A DNA stretch of 63,860 bases, filler included, from Elsinoe ampelina (taxonomy: Eukaryota): NCBI GenBank assembly GCA_010093995.1. It is 3 parts of 3 records of this genome, joined end to end, with 100 filler letters (N's around TTAATTAATTAA, not from the genome) between each part and the next. Parts side by side here need not be neighbours in the genome. Positions count along the whole stretch, not along the records: positions 1 to 29,099 come from ML992555.1; positions 29,200 to 57,708 come from ML992556.1; 1 more part is not named here. One strand, given 5' to 3'. The notes under the pieces were generated by a model. The model was not told where the DNA came from. It was given only the letters and a program-made list of their open reading frames with translations, and made no database searches. The first letter of the stretch is position 1, and every line of letters starts with the position of its first letter. The position numbers and the translations under genes were made by a program. Below are positions 26,311-36,740 of this stretch, one piece after another.

Positions 26311-29016
26311 ATGCAGTACGTACGATCAATCTCTGGATCCGTCTCCAAGACATGGAACTCCATCAATCCTGCAACCTTGAGCGGAGCAGTCGATGTAATA
26401 GTCGTCGAACACGAAGATGGTACCTTGGCCTGCTCGCCATTCCATGTCCGATTCGGCAAGTTCTCTCTTCTGCGACCGCATGAGAAGAAGGTGGAGTTCA
26501 AGGTCAATGATGTCAAAAGGGAATACCCAATGAAGCTGGGCGAAGGTGGAGAGGCCTTCTTCGTCTTCGAAACATCCACAGCAGTCCCCGAAGCCATGCA
26601 AACCTCGCCGCTGGTGTCGCCTGCACAAAGTCCAGAGATGAGGCCAAGTAGCGCAGATGCGCCGGCATTACCAGACTCGGAGTCGCTGGAACTGACAGGG
26701 CAATTGGATGGTACCTCGAGAAAGCTTGAAGAGTCGATGACAAGTGAACAAGGGCTGTCATTCCCCGGCAATCAGCAACGGACACAAAGTGCGTCTGGAG
26801 ACGTACCTACACTTTCGAGCTCTCTTGGCGAGCAATCGAGCTTCGGAGGTTACCTTTCTGCGCATGCGAAATTGCCCGTCGAGCTGCACCGATCAAACAC
26901 AGATCATGGCCTCCCACCCCAAAGGATCGGTCTCAGTCAATCCTTTGATTCTTCGCAGACATCCAAGCCCGTAGAGCGGCCAGTATCGCCAATGGGAACT
27001 GCAAGGTCGTCGAGTCCACCCCCTATGACGAGCGAAGAAGCAAAGACCAGAGCAATCAACCTCTCGAAGAAGCTTTGGACCTCGAACATCCCTTCGCAGG
27101 TGACAGATCAAGGAGATCTCATGCTGGATATGACTGGATACAAGAGCAGTGATGCAGAGGCTCTACGAGCAGAAGTGATCGCACGGAAGATCCTATCAGA
27201 AGAGCTGGAAGGCAACTACGATATCGGGTCGCTGATTGGAGCCGACGAGAAGGGCAATCTATGGATATACAGCAGCGAAGAAGCCAAAGAGCAAGCGAAC
27301 AAGCGTCTGGCCTCATCATTGCACGATCTGTCTCGTGTTACGCTCGGTCCTTCCACCGATGCAATCTCAGATCCGGGCTACCACTCTGATGATGCCCGCA
27401 GTGAGTCTTCGGTAGAACTTAGAGCTCCAGCACATTTCCGTCACGATTCCGACAGTGCCGTCGGCATGTCTTCTCCGCCCTTTTCTGCTGGATCAGAAAC
27501 AAAGTCCTTTGCTAAGACTCTTCGCCTCACCTCCGATCAGCTCAAAAGTCTGGAGCTCAATCCAGGACAGAACACCATGTCATTCACAGTTAACCGCGCT
27601 ACCTGCACTGCTTGCCTCTGGCTATGGCGGTACGACGTACCAATCATCATCTCTGATATAGATGGAACCATCACAAAATCGGATGCACTCGGTCACGTAC
27701 TCAACATGATAGGCCGAGACTGGACGCATCTAGGTGTCGCCAAATTGTACACCGAAATTGCAGCCAATGGCTACAACTTTCTCTACCTGACGTCCAGGTC
27801 CGTTGGTCAAGCTGACACGACTCGTGCGTACCTATCTGGCGTGCTCCAAGATGGTGGCTACAAACTTCCAAAAGGTCCTGTTATCATGTCGCCGGACAGG
27901 ACCATGGCCGCACTACGGCGAGAAGTCTACCTTCGAAAACCTGAAGTCTTCAAGATGGCCTGCCTTCGAGACATTATGCAGCTCTTCCTCGGCGCTTCCG
28001 GCAACAGAGCCATGTTCGTCGACCCGGGCAGTCCACCAGGCGAGCCTTCCTCCCCAACCCAAGCCGCGGCACCCACAAAGCTCGGAGAGAACCCCGATAC
28101 AGCCCGTAAAGGCATTCCCTTCTACGCCGGCTTCGGCAACCGTCTGACAGACGCGATTAGTTACCGCTCAGTCAATATCCCCTCCACCCGCATCTTCACC
28201 ATCAACTCCAGCAGCGAAGTCAGCCTCGACCTCAGCACCCTCAGCAAATACCGCACAGGATACACCACCATGCGCGACATCGTAGACCACTACTTCCCCC
28301 CCACCGGCCTCCTCGTCAAAGGCGGCGGCGAAGAATTCACCGACTTTACCTACTGGCGCGAGAAGCCGCTCGAGCTCGTCGACTTCTCCGCCTCGGAATC
28401 AGAAGACTCCGATGTCGACGACGATGACGAAGACGTCCCCGACGATGACGCCGACGCCGACGTGGACGACGAAGCCGAAGTAGAAGCCGACGAAGAAGCC
28501 GACGATGACCACGTCCAACGCACACCGATGTTCACGCCCGGCATCCTTAGCGAGGATGAATACGCCACCATGGCGGAGAGTCTGTACAGTACCGGCGGGA
28601 GGCCGAGTCTGGAGCAGAGTGTAATGGAAGAAAGCATGTATAGTGCACGCGGCGAGAAGGAGGATGTCACGTTAGAGGAGGAAGACGAAGGCGATGACGG
28701 AGACGACGAAGGTGACGCATCACCTCGTTCGACGAAGGGAAGGCGAAGGGGGAGGGGGGAGACTGTCACGCGGCGAGAGGGGGAGGAGGACGACGGAGAA
28801 GGGGACGATGAAGAGGAGGAAGATGATGATGTGCACGAGCAAACACGGGAGGAAGAGGAGGAGGAGGACACCAATGCTTCGTTGGAACTGGATGAACAGC
28901 AGAGAGATGTCCAGAAGGAGCTGCGGAGTGATTTGCAGGGTTTGGCCAAGGCGTTGAGCTCGCCGGGGAGGCAGCAAAGGGACAAGGGGAGGGAGGAACG
29001 GGATGTGAAGACGTGA
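26311..29016 (+). CDS. PAH1: Lipin family phosphatidate phosphatase (Pah1/Ned1/Smp2)
   Basis: N-LIP MQYVRS...NPATLSGAVDVIVV...CSPFHVRFGK; HAD motif SDIDGTITKSD; FYAGFGNR; acidic C-terminal tail. Confidence 0.96.
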   Translation: MQYVRSISGSVSKTWNSINPATLSGAVDVIVVEHEDGTLACSPFHVRFGKFSLLRPHEKKVEFKVNDVKREYPMKLGEGGEAFFVFETSTAVPEAMQTSPLVSPAQSPEMRPSSADAPALPDSESLELTGQLDGTSRKLEESMTSEQGLSFPGNQQRTQSASGDVPTLSSSLGEQSSFGGYLSAHAKLPVELHRSNTDHGLPPQRIGLSQSFDSSQTSKPVERPVSPMGTARSSSPPPMTSEEAKTRAINLSKKLWTSNIPSQVTDQGDLMLDMTGYKSSDAEALRAEVIARKILSEELEGNYDIGSLIGADEKGNLWIYSSEEAKEQANKRLASSLHDLSRVTLGPSTDAISDPGYHSDDARSESSVELRAPAHFRHDSDSAVGMSSPPFSAGSETKSFAKTLRLTSDQLKSLELNPGQNTMSFTVNRATCTACLWLWRYDVPIIISDIDGTITKSDALGHVLNMIGRDWTHLGVAKLYTEIAANGYNFLYLTSRSVGQADTTRAYLSGVLQDGGYKLPKGPVIMSPDRTMAALRREVYLRKPEVFKMACLRDIMQLFLGASGNRAMFVDPGSPPGEPSSPTQAAAPTKLGENPDTARKGIPFYAGFGNRLTDAISYRSVNIPSTRIFTINSSSEVSLDLSTLSKYRTGYTTMRDIVDHYFPPTGLLVKGGGEEFTDFTYWREKPLELVDFSASESEDSDVDDDDEDVPDDDADADVDDEAEVEADEEADDDHVQRTPMFTPGILSEDEYATMAESLYSTGGRPSLEQSVMEESMYSARGEKEDVTLEEEDEGDDGDDEGDASPRSTKGRRRGRGETVTRREGEEDDGEGDDEEEEDDDVHEQTREEEEEEDTNASLELDEQQRDVQKELRSDLQGLAKALSSPGRQQRDKGREERDVKT

Positions 29017-29062
29017 AACCCCGTAGAAATGGCGTTCAGGGAGGGTTGGGGTTGGGTAAGGA

Positions 29063-29099
29063 TGCATGGTGCATGGTGCATGGTGCATGGTGCATGGTG
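29063..29099. repeat. (TGCATGG)n heptamer tandem repeat at a contig end
   Basis: Five-plus perfect copies running into the N gap. Confidence 0.95.
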
Positions 29100-29199
29100 N
29101 NNNNNNNNNNNNNNNNNNNNNNNNNNNNNNNNNNNNNNNNNNNTTAATTAATTAANNNNNNNNNNNNNNNNNNNNNNNNNNNNNNNNNNNNNNNNNNNN
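29100..29199. other. Artificial contig-join spacer
   Basis: 44 N + TTAATTAATTAA (stops in all six frames) + 44 N = 100 nt; identical to the spacer at 57709. Confidence 0.97.
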
Positions 29200-29300
29200 T
29201 CTTCTTCTTCTTCTTCTTCTTCTTCTTCTTCGTCTGAAAGAGGAACGTTGGCCTCCTCGTAAGTCTTTGTGGGAGCCTTGGCGCCCCTTGTTGTGACCAT
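29200..29300 (-). CDS. 5' fragment of a gene truncated by the gap; (GAA)n encodes poly-Glu
   Basis: ATG at 29300 reads MVTTRGAKAPTKTYEEANVPLSDEEEEEEEEEE into the gap; (TTC)~10 at 29200-29231 on the + strand. Confidence 0.55.
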
Positions 29301-29762
29301 GATATTGAGCCGCGTATCGCTGTCGCTCGAAAGGGTATTCGTGGGCCTGACTTGGTAAGATAGCGATCAAAAGATCACCAGCGATCTGTGCTGGATCTCG
29401 TCGGTCCAAATACTGCACCGACGGGCGCGATCAATGATGCCGCCGTGTACTGATACTGAGTGATGCGCAGCCAGCGGTGTTCACACAGTCATGCGCCGCA
29501 ACTAATCGATGCATCCGATTCGCGCCAGGCACTGAAAATTGAACGACAATGGTTGTACTTGCAGGAGAAAGGTGTAGAGGAGAATACTAAGGTGGGGCGA
29601 CAGGGGGCGAGAACTCTACAAAAGTGTTTCTGTGAAATGGTTCCAACCACAAAGCTCGGACGAGCGCAAGCTACCAAACTTTGGGATGGAATACTTAACT
29701 TCATCCAGGCCTCAATCACAAAGAACACGATTGGGCTACGTCGTCGACAACTTCCATCAACC

Positions 29763-30353
29763 ATGACAGACGTGGAACCCAATGTCCATGCCCTATACGA
29801 CGCGCAAGATCAGGCCGCCGATGAGTATTTCAACCAGGCCGATTGGGACCCGCTTGCAGATCTTCTTCAACATACATTGAGCGATCCTGCAATGCCCAGG
29901 CTCTACCGCGTCAAATATCATGCGCTTTCGGTGTTCGTCTCCGAGGACGCAGACACGCACATCATGCTTGCCAAAGAAAGCATCAACGACATCGTGCAGG
30001 TAATTCTTGCGGAGGATACACCTCAAGAGGATATTGATAGGCGTTTGCAATACGTGAGGCGGATGGTCGAGGTCGCAGAAGCCGGCGTCATCGACGCAGA
30101 CGTTGATGAACAGTAAGCGAGATGCCTCTGGACACATCCACAGAGCTGACGGAGAACAGTGACCGTCCCATCAGACCTCAGGACGAGAGTGCCGCGCAGT
30201 CACCGAACAAAAAAAGAGGCCACAAGCGCAGACGCGACTGTAGCTGATGCCACGTCAAAGCCTACAGATGAGATCGTGCAAGGCGTGTCAGCGCCTGAAT
30301 CCAGTCAGGATCAGAACGGTCCAGATCCCAGCGCGCTGAAAGAAGAGCCCTAG
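29763..30353 (+). pseudogene. Hypothetical acidic helical protein, possibly disrupted (A7 frameshift and in-frame TAG)
   Basis: ATG 29763 (MTDVEPNVHALYDAQ...DPAMPRLYRVKYHAL), canonical intron 30113-30159. The protein-like frame shifts at the A7 run 30209-30215 and meets TAG at 30351. Confidence 0.5.
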
Positions 30354-31482
30354 CGGGAAGTGGTCGGCGCCGGACAAGCATCTTTGGGTGACATCGAAGA
30401 GGAAGGGCCCCTGAAGGTGAGGGTCATCCTGGATCGGGGTCCAATCGCCGCCGCGTGATGCCAGCCAGGTCGGCCAAAGGTGGTTGAACGAGTTCGGGAA
30501 TTTACACTCTACAGGCACTCCGTCACGTCGTCGTCGAGGCTCAAGCGATGGATGCAACCTACCTCTACCATCCAAGGACAAGAGATACGAATGATGGATT
30601 GTGCTGTGGCCTTCTTTGATATGCGGAGGGACGCCTGAACTCTTGCGGAGGACATATGAGGCATTCAGATAGTCTTGCACGATTGCGAGACTTCTGACGT
30701 CCTTACCTCCCTTCCACATGCCTGACTCTTGGTGTGATACAGTCCGCATCACTCGCACCATGGAGACCGCCGCAGGCTCCACCTTCTGGGCATAGTCCTT
30801 CTACCAAGCAAGTCCTGAACGCGATTGTTCCCAAGCTGTGATCTGACCATCGCGTCGACCGCAGAACTCTCTCAGACTACGACAGCCTTGACGGTTTGGG
30901 CTCTACCGACGAAAATGCCTTGTTGGAGAGCCGAGAGATCGTTTGAGAGTGCCAGGTCGTTCCTCGATTGTAGCATGACCAGATTTGATGTTGGAAGCGG
31001 CAGGCCAACCCTGACGAACTCAGGCAAAGTTTTGCCAACAGCACGGACCAATGAAATGAGATAGAACTGCACTTTGAATTGACGAATAACAACAGCATAA
31101 GGGCGTGGCTACAGTAAATCTGTACGAGATCTCAGGCGAACTGATCCAAGAACGTATCACACGAGATCATCTGTGGAGGCACTCTGACTGGTGTCTATCC
31201 GGTAGTCGTGACAAGAAAGGCATAGTTAGCGGGAAGGCCCACCGACGCTTCGTTTAGAATACGATTCTTCACGATGGGCTTGCCTATTGACTTAGAACAT
31301 CTCTACATATCAACGTTGAGGTACATCTCGTACCTCCAAGAATTGAAGACGGACTACGTACCCACTTAGCCATATCGTGGAAAACCCATAGATTGTTGCG
31401 GATCGCAAAGTGGATGCTTCATGATTACAAATGAACCATTACAAGATTATGATATAACACAAAGATCGTTTGCCATCAATGC

Positions 31483-32202
31483 TCAAAGTTTCGCGCCGGG
31501 ACGAGGTCGAACAAAGATAGAGACACCGGTAGCGCAGACTACCTCCTCACCCTCTCCCTGCCCATAGCTCCATCCCATTCCATCTCCTCTGCTTGTCGCA
31601 TTCCGCCACTGCACCACCTCGGCGACCAGCTCGATCTTTCTACCCTCTCGCTTCGTGGTCTTGACCCGGACAGCCACCACACCAGGCGTCTCGACGGGCT
31701 TGATGAATTTCGTGTCAAGCTTGGCGGTGTATAGATCGAGCTGCTCGGCCCACTCTCCGTCCTTCTTGCCGACGGCGACTTCTTTGAAGTGTTTCCGGTC
31801 GAGATCCACGTTGAGCAGGACACCCATTGCTTCGTCGATCAAAGTCATGATGATGCCTCCATGGAGGACTTTGGGGAAGCCATTCAAGTCGTTGCCGATG
31901 GCGACGAGGGTGGTGCACTCATTGATGTGCTCGTCCTCTCTGTTTGGGAGAGGGTGGAATGCTAGGATATGTGATAAGGTCTGTGGTGAGGCGAGAGTCA
32001 CGGCGAAGAGGCTGTCTTCAGTAGATTTCTTGGGATGTCGGGATGATGGGAGGTGAAGACATAGGGAGGGGGCGGAGAGGAGTTCGGCGGTCCATGGATG
32101 TGATTGGAAGTAGCGGTGGGAGGAAGCAAAGGTGGAGACGGGGGTGTCGGGGTTCAGATCTCGCTTGGAGCTGTCGTTATTTGACATTTCGAGTGCTGGC
32201 AT
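31483..32202 (-). CDS. PaaI/hotdog-fold thioesterase family protein
   Basis: LNGFPKVLHGGIIMTLIDEAMG and YTAKLDTKFIKPVETPG motifs. Confidence 0.9.
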   Translation of the reverse strand: MPALEMSNNDSSKRDLNPDTPVSTFASSHRYFQSHPWTAELLSAPSLCLHLPSSRHPKKSTEDSLFAVTLASPQTLSHILAFHPLPNREDEHINECTTLVAIGNDLNGFPKVLHGGIIMTLIDEAMGVLLNVDLDRKHFKEVAVGKKDGEWAEQLDLYTAKLDTKFIKPVETPGVVAVRVKTTKREGRKIELVAEVVQWRNATSRGDGMGWSYGQGEGEEVVCATGVSIFVRPRPGAKL

Positions 32203-33771
32203 TTGGTTGGTGGGGTCGATGTAGATCTGCTATGATTGGCTGATCAATGCTCGTCGATGCGAAACAGTCACTGGACCCGGCGGGGGAGGGCTCGAAATTT
32301 GGTAAGGAAGCGGTGGTATTTTGGTGAAGCTGAGAGCAAGGCAGTTGAAAAGACGAAAACCGGGAGTTGGTTTATGAATGAGCGCCGGAACAGAGAGGGG
32401 TCAAAGCAAACAAGCGGTCTGAGCTGTCATCAAGCTTCCGAGGTCGCTGGCTTGCAGCTCGAAGGATCCCGAAAAAGGGGCCCAGACGTTGAAGCATGTG
32501 AAAAGGCGCCATCCACAACAATCAATCTTGCATCAGACACAGGGGCTAGACAGCTACAGCCGGTGACCTTGACGCATCATAGTCGTGAAGGTGTAAGTTA
32601 TGTGTGCTGGACGAATCGCTGAGCATAGTTGCTAAAGTGATTTAGCCGAGGTCATTCATTGAGATTGCAATCCTGTAGTCTAGCGGCGAAGGCATTAAGG
32701 GCTTTTTCGAGCAATGCCCCGGCATTCCAGTTACTGGCAAATATCCATCTGGGGACGGCTAGAGTCTAGAAGAACAACCCTGTCAAAAATTCTCGACACT
32801 TGACGCCTTCGCTGGACGTCGACACCCATGAAGTTTGATGTGGTCACCCATCTCAACGATACCGCAGTCAAGTGGTTACCACGAGGCTTCAACTCAGGAC
32901 GGCATGTTCTTCAGCGATTCAGGGACACCGCGCATCTAGCGACGGCTTTCCTGCATTTCCACGCCGAGTCTCGCACGGAGAGCGCTTCGAACAGTGACGA
33001 ATCTTTTGTGCCGTCCTTGCCAAGATGTTCAGATCCTGCAACGACGAGACGCGGACGCGATAACGTGCTCTTGATGTGCCCATCGCGAGCCCATTCGACA
33101 TCGACAGCAAACCTGCACGGATCCTGCTGTGTAGGCAGCTCAGAAAAGCTCAAAGGATAGTCTTGAGATCGGCCACTGACTGTTTGTCACGTGACCTTGC
33201 AGAAAAGTTATCGATTCGGCTGTTCTCGCGTGCCACGGAGACCTTTATTGCCACGCTCTCTTGACTACTATAAATCACTGGCTTGCAGATCAAAAGATAG
33301 GTAAACATTGAACGGTAGAAAGCATCCGTATCAAGAGATCTTATCGGTCCCAAATAGGACAGACCCCAGACCTTCCCCACGTTTTACCCCACGGCTGGAG
33401 TGGCGCTAGCCAGACAGAGCTCGCTCCTTCCCCGCGTTTCTGACCAATCACTATCGCATCCCCTCCTCCCCCTTGTCGCTTTCGTCATGTCAGGCACCGT
33501 GTTTCGTCCTCTTCCGTTAGCTGACGTTGGAAGCTCGCTCGCATGTGACCAGCTGCGGTCGGAGAAGCTGTTTGTTTAAGAAGCAGCTCTGCCCTCGACC
33601 CTGGCTTTCTTCTCTTCCAGCCCAAACACTCGAACTTGACACTCTCCACTCCAAATCAACGACGCGCTGACAAGTCGGCTGGACCGCTTGAATTACTCAC
33701 CAATAACGACGATCACCTCATTCCCCACAAGCCAGCAATTAGCCTTTACCCCACCTCTTTCACCCGAAGAA

Positions 33772-34101
33772 ATGATGTTCGCAACCGCCCTCCGCGCTGC
33801 TCCTCGCGGCGTTCCCGCCTCTGTTGCGACCAAGCGCATCACTGGTATGCAGCAAGCTGGCCTTGCAACCATTGCCATCGCTGCTCCAGCGGGCATTCTT
33901 CTCGGCGCACCAAAGTGGGCTCCACGTGCCGGTGATCGCGCCGACCGCTTCTTTGAGAGGATGGCAGAGAGGATGGAGAAGATGCCAAAGATGAGGAGAC
34001 CTACCGGCTTGAGGATCACCATTCCTCGTATTGGTAGTGTTGGGTAAGCGTTATCCCAGTCAATGTTTGTCACTCCATGCTAACCTCCACCCAGATTGTA
34101 G
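33772..34101 (+). CDS. Small (~92 aa) putative mitochondrial single-pass membrane protein
   Basis: MMFATALRAAPRGVPASVATKR (Arg/Ala-rich, no acidic residues), hydrophobic AGLATIAIAAPAGILLGA, fungal codon usage; terminal intron GTAAGC...GCTAAC...CAG before the last codons. Confidence 0.65.
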
Positions 34102-35102
34102 ATACCCGGCAGCGTTGCCTATGGTGGCACAGCCTAGCGTGATTGCGATAGACGCATCGGCTTGAGTAGACGTACTGGAAACACGTAGAAGACTCAATGA
34201 ACAACGTAAAGAAAGCTTTTACCCTCACTGCCGTGCTATATCGTCGGTCCACCTCATCAACGAAGGTGCGGACGCGTCGAGTGCCACCCAAAGTCGAACG
34301 TCTCCGAGTCCGATCAATCGTTACCCGACGGCTCAGACGAACCACTTGCTGCCGATTGCGTAGACTCAACACCCATCTCGGCCTTGTACGACCGGAATTC
34401 TTTGTTCGGGTTAGAGACATGGAGATGAATGCCCTACTGGCGTCGTTGACAAAACGCGCTTCTTTGTTCCGACTACCAGAAGCACCGCTCTGAGGCCCTC
34501 AATTGGCATCAGGGAGCATAGTATCAAGCCTATCCGTCTGTCAGCCTTGGATGCTAAGTAGTGATGCCATCCTCCCTGCCGAGGGCCGTAGGATTACATG
34601 CAAGTTTGACATGTTGTATACACCATGTCTGCCAGGCTTTGAACCAGCACGTGCTATCACATGCTGCCCGCGAAGTTGGTGCCCGTTCGTCAAACGCGGC
34701 TGGATCATGCCTTCGCGACTTGGCTACCATCGGCCTCTATCACATCGCCACCACCTCAAACGACAACCCCTCTTTACCAACATTTACCATACCGTTGCAG
34801 AATCGGCTTTCGCTGCCAGAAGAGAGCCGATCGCTGACGCTGTTCACGCCAACACGCAGCTTGACTTCATGATCTCCACAAAATCATCGTCGTCGACCTC
34901 GACTTTTTCCAACACTTTCACAGCGCTTCCGACGTGCTCTGCAAGGCTACACAGTCTCATAGCATCCACAGCTTCAAGACCTGCCATGCTGAGCGGCTGA
35001 GTCAGCCACTGCTGCTGGACCGGCTCGAGTCACGACCCTCTTCGCCACTTTCACACCATCGCATCTCCTGCCAGATCGCTTCATAACGGTCACCAATCCA
35101 TC

Positions 35103-36740
35103 ATGGCGCCTCAAAACGACCACGAAGCCCTCGACCGCAAGATCGACGTCTTGTACAAAGCCTGGGTCGACTCCGGTTACAGCGGTCGAGCGGAGACAAA
35201 GCTGAGGTTCCACATGTCCGAAGTCCACGCGCGCGAAGACATACCTCTTTGGTTGTCCGCCAAACTCGCCATATACCGCTTTGACGTCTATCGGTACAAG
35301 AATGACCTGGACGCGGCCAGGCGTGCAACGTATAGGGCATTGAAGGTGGCTGGTGAATCCCTGACTGCTGCCCGCAGGACCTGGTTGGAGAGGCAGATGG
35401 AGCACTTGGATGAGCAGCACGACTTGAAGTATCGTCAACCTCGAAGGTGCGTCGCCGCCGTTGTGGTAGAGACTCGAAGCCAGAATAACAGTTGCAGACT
35501 TGACGAGAAGTTCGATGCCAGGCAAGCCTCCAAATCTGGAAAGAAGCCTACCCTAGAGCCCTCGAGGTCACCTGCTGCAAATGACAAAGTCCTACCAGAG
35601 GCTGCAAACGACAAGGCCACACCAGGGGCTGCAAACGACAAGGCCACACCAGGGGCTGCGAATGACAGAGCCCTACCAGAGGCTGCAAACGACAAGGTTA
35701 CTCCAGTGGGCCTTGCAAAGTCCTTCAAAAACATCGAGACCAAGGCTCCCGAGAACCAGAACAGTCGCCGGGACAGCGTCCAAGCCAACCAAATCACCAC
35801 TACAAATACCCAGGACGACAGCCGGGCTAGGGTTCAAGCCTGGGTCGACGCCTCTGCCACGTCCCGCGGCCACACAAGCAGCCTTTCATATAGCCCTTCA
35901 CAGCTTGACGAGGCCCCGAGTCGCCGTGCAAGATCCGATGCTGCCCCTCCGTGTGACAAGTATGGCAGACAGATCATGGATGGCGGGAAGAGAAAGCGAC
36001 CGTCCAAGAAAGAACAGCGCGAAGCGGAGCAGCGTGACCTGGAGGACCGACTTTACAACCTGAAGAGCAAAAAGCGCAAGGTCAGCAACTCTAATGCGCA
36101 CGAACCAAAGCGTCGTGCCACGGCTGCAAAGAGGCTGGCGGAGGGGAAGGCGGAAAAAGCGAAGATGAACAAGGAGAGATCCGTGATCCAGAAGCAATCC
36201 GAAGAGGAGCCTGATAAGCAGGACTCCACCAAGGCCAAGGTCGACCCGAAGAAGAGCGTCAGGGTGCCCGCCATCTCAATGACCGTGTACGGAGAGAAGT
36301 CAATCAGTCCGAGCTCGACCCCGCCCAATCCAGAAGTCGAGGACACCACACCCAAGCCCGCTCCCACCAAGAAGCCGATCGTCAAGAAGCCAATCGTGAA
36401 GGGACCAGGAGACCTCATGGCAGAGATGGTGGCAATATCGGGGTCGCGGAGGCTTGTGAAGACCACAAAAATGGTGAAGGTAGCGGTCCAAAACCCAAAG
36501 CCGAAGCAGTCGACAGAAGACAAGTCGACCGCCGGCGAACACGCTGGTAGTGACAAGGCGAATAAGTTGTCTGAGAAGAAGCAGCAGGCAGCGGAGAAGA
36601 TCGAGCAGGGGGCTGGGAAGAAGGAGGGATTAGTCCAGACGAGGGGAAATAAGAGCCAGAAGGAAACCCAGAAGCATGAAAAGAAGAAGGACGATTTGCA
36701 GAAGCAGACCCCTGAGAAGACGAAGGCGTCTCACGATTAG
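35103..36740 (+). CDS. Orphan Lys-rich, largely disordered hypothetical protein with internal 9-aa repeats
   Basis: 545-aa ORF with coding-like composition and NLS-like KRKRPSKK; no recognisable domain. Confidence 0.75.
   Translation: MAPQNDHEALDRKIDVLYKAWVDSGYSGRAETKLRFHMSEVHAREDIPLWLSAKLAIYRFDVYRYKNDLDAARRATYRALKVAGESLTAARRTWLERQMEHLDEQHDLKYRQPRRCVAAVVVETRSQNNSCRLDEKFDARQASKSGKKPTLEPSRSPAANDKVLPEAANDKATPGAANDKATPGAANDRALPEAANDKVTPVGLAKSFKNIETKAPENQNSRRDSVQANQITTTNTQDDSRARVQAWVDASATSRGHTSSLSYSPSQLDEAPSRRARSDAAPPCDKYGRQIMDGGKRKRPSKKEQREAEQRDLEDRLYNLKSKKRKVSNSNAHEPKRRATAAKRLAEGKAEKAKMNKERSVIQKQSEEEPDKQDSTKAKVDPKKSVRVPAISMTVYGEKSISPSSTPPNPEVEDTTPKPAPTKKPIVKKPIVKGPGDLMAEMVAISGSRRLVKTTKMVKVAVQNPKPKQSTEDKSTAGEHAGSDKANKLSEKKQQAAEKIEQGAGKKEGLVQTRGNKSQKETQKHEKKKDDLQKQTPEKTKASHD
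35574..35708 (+). repeat. 27-bp coding minisatellite x5 (AANDKATPG-type)
   Basis: GCTGCAAACGACAAGGCCACACCAGGG and variants, five tandem units. Confidence 0.92.

Noticed and set aside
29144..29155. TTAATTAATTAA as a piggyBac target site or biological motif
   Set aside because: Centred in exactly 44+44 Ns and repeated identically at 57753; a scaffolding linker with stops in six frames.
29152..29418. Poly-Arg ORF
   Set aside because: Wrong frame of the (GAA)n tract; its stop comes from the artificial linker.
32250..33600. Short ORFs between the thioesterase and the microprotein gene
   Set aside because: No motifs, codon bias or consistent splice signals; treated as intergenic.
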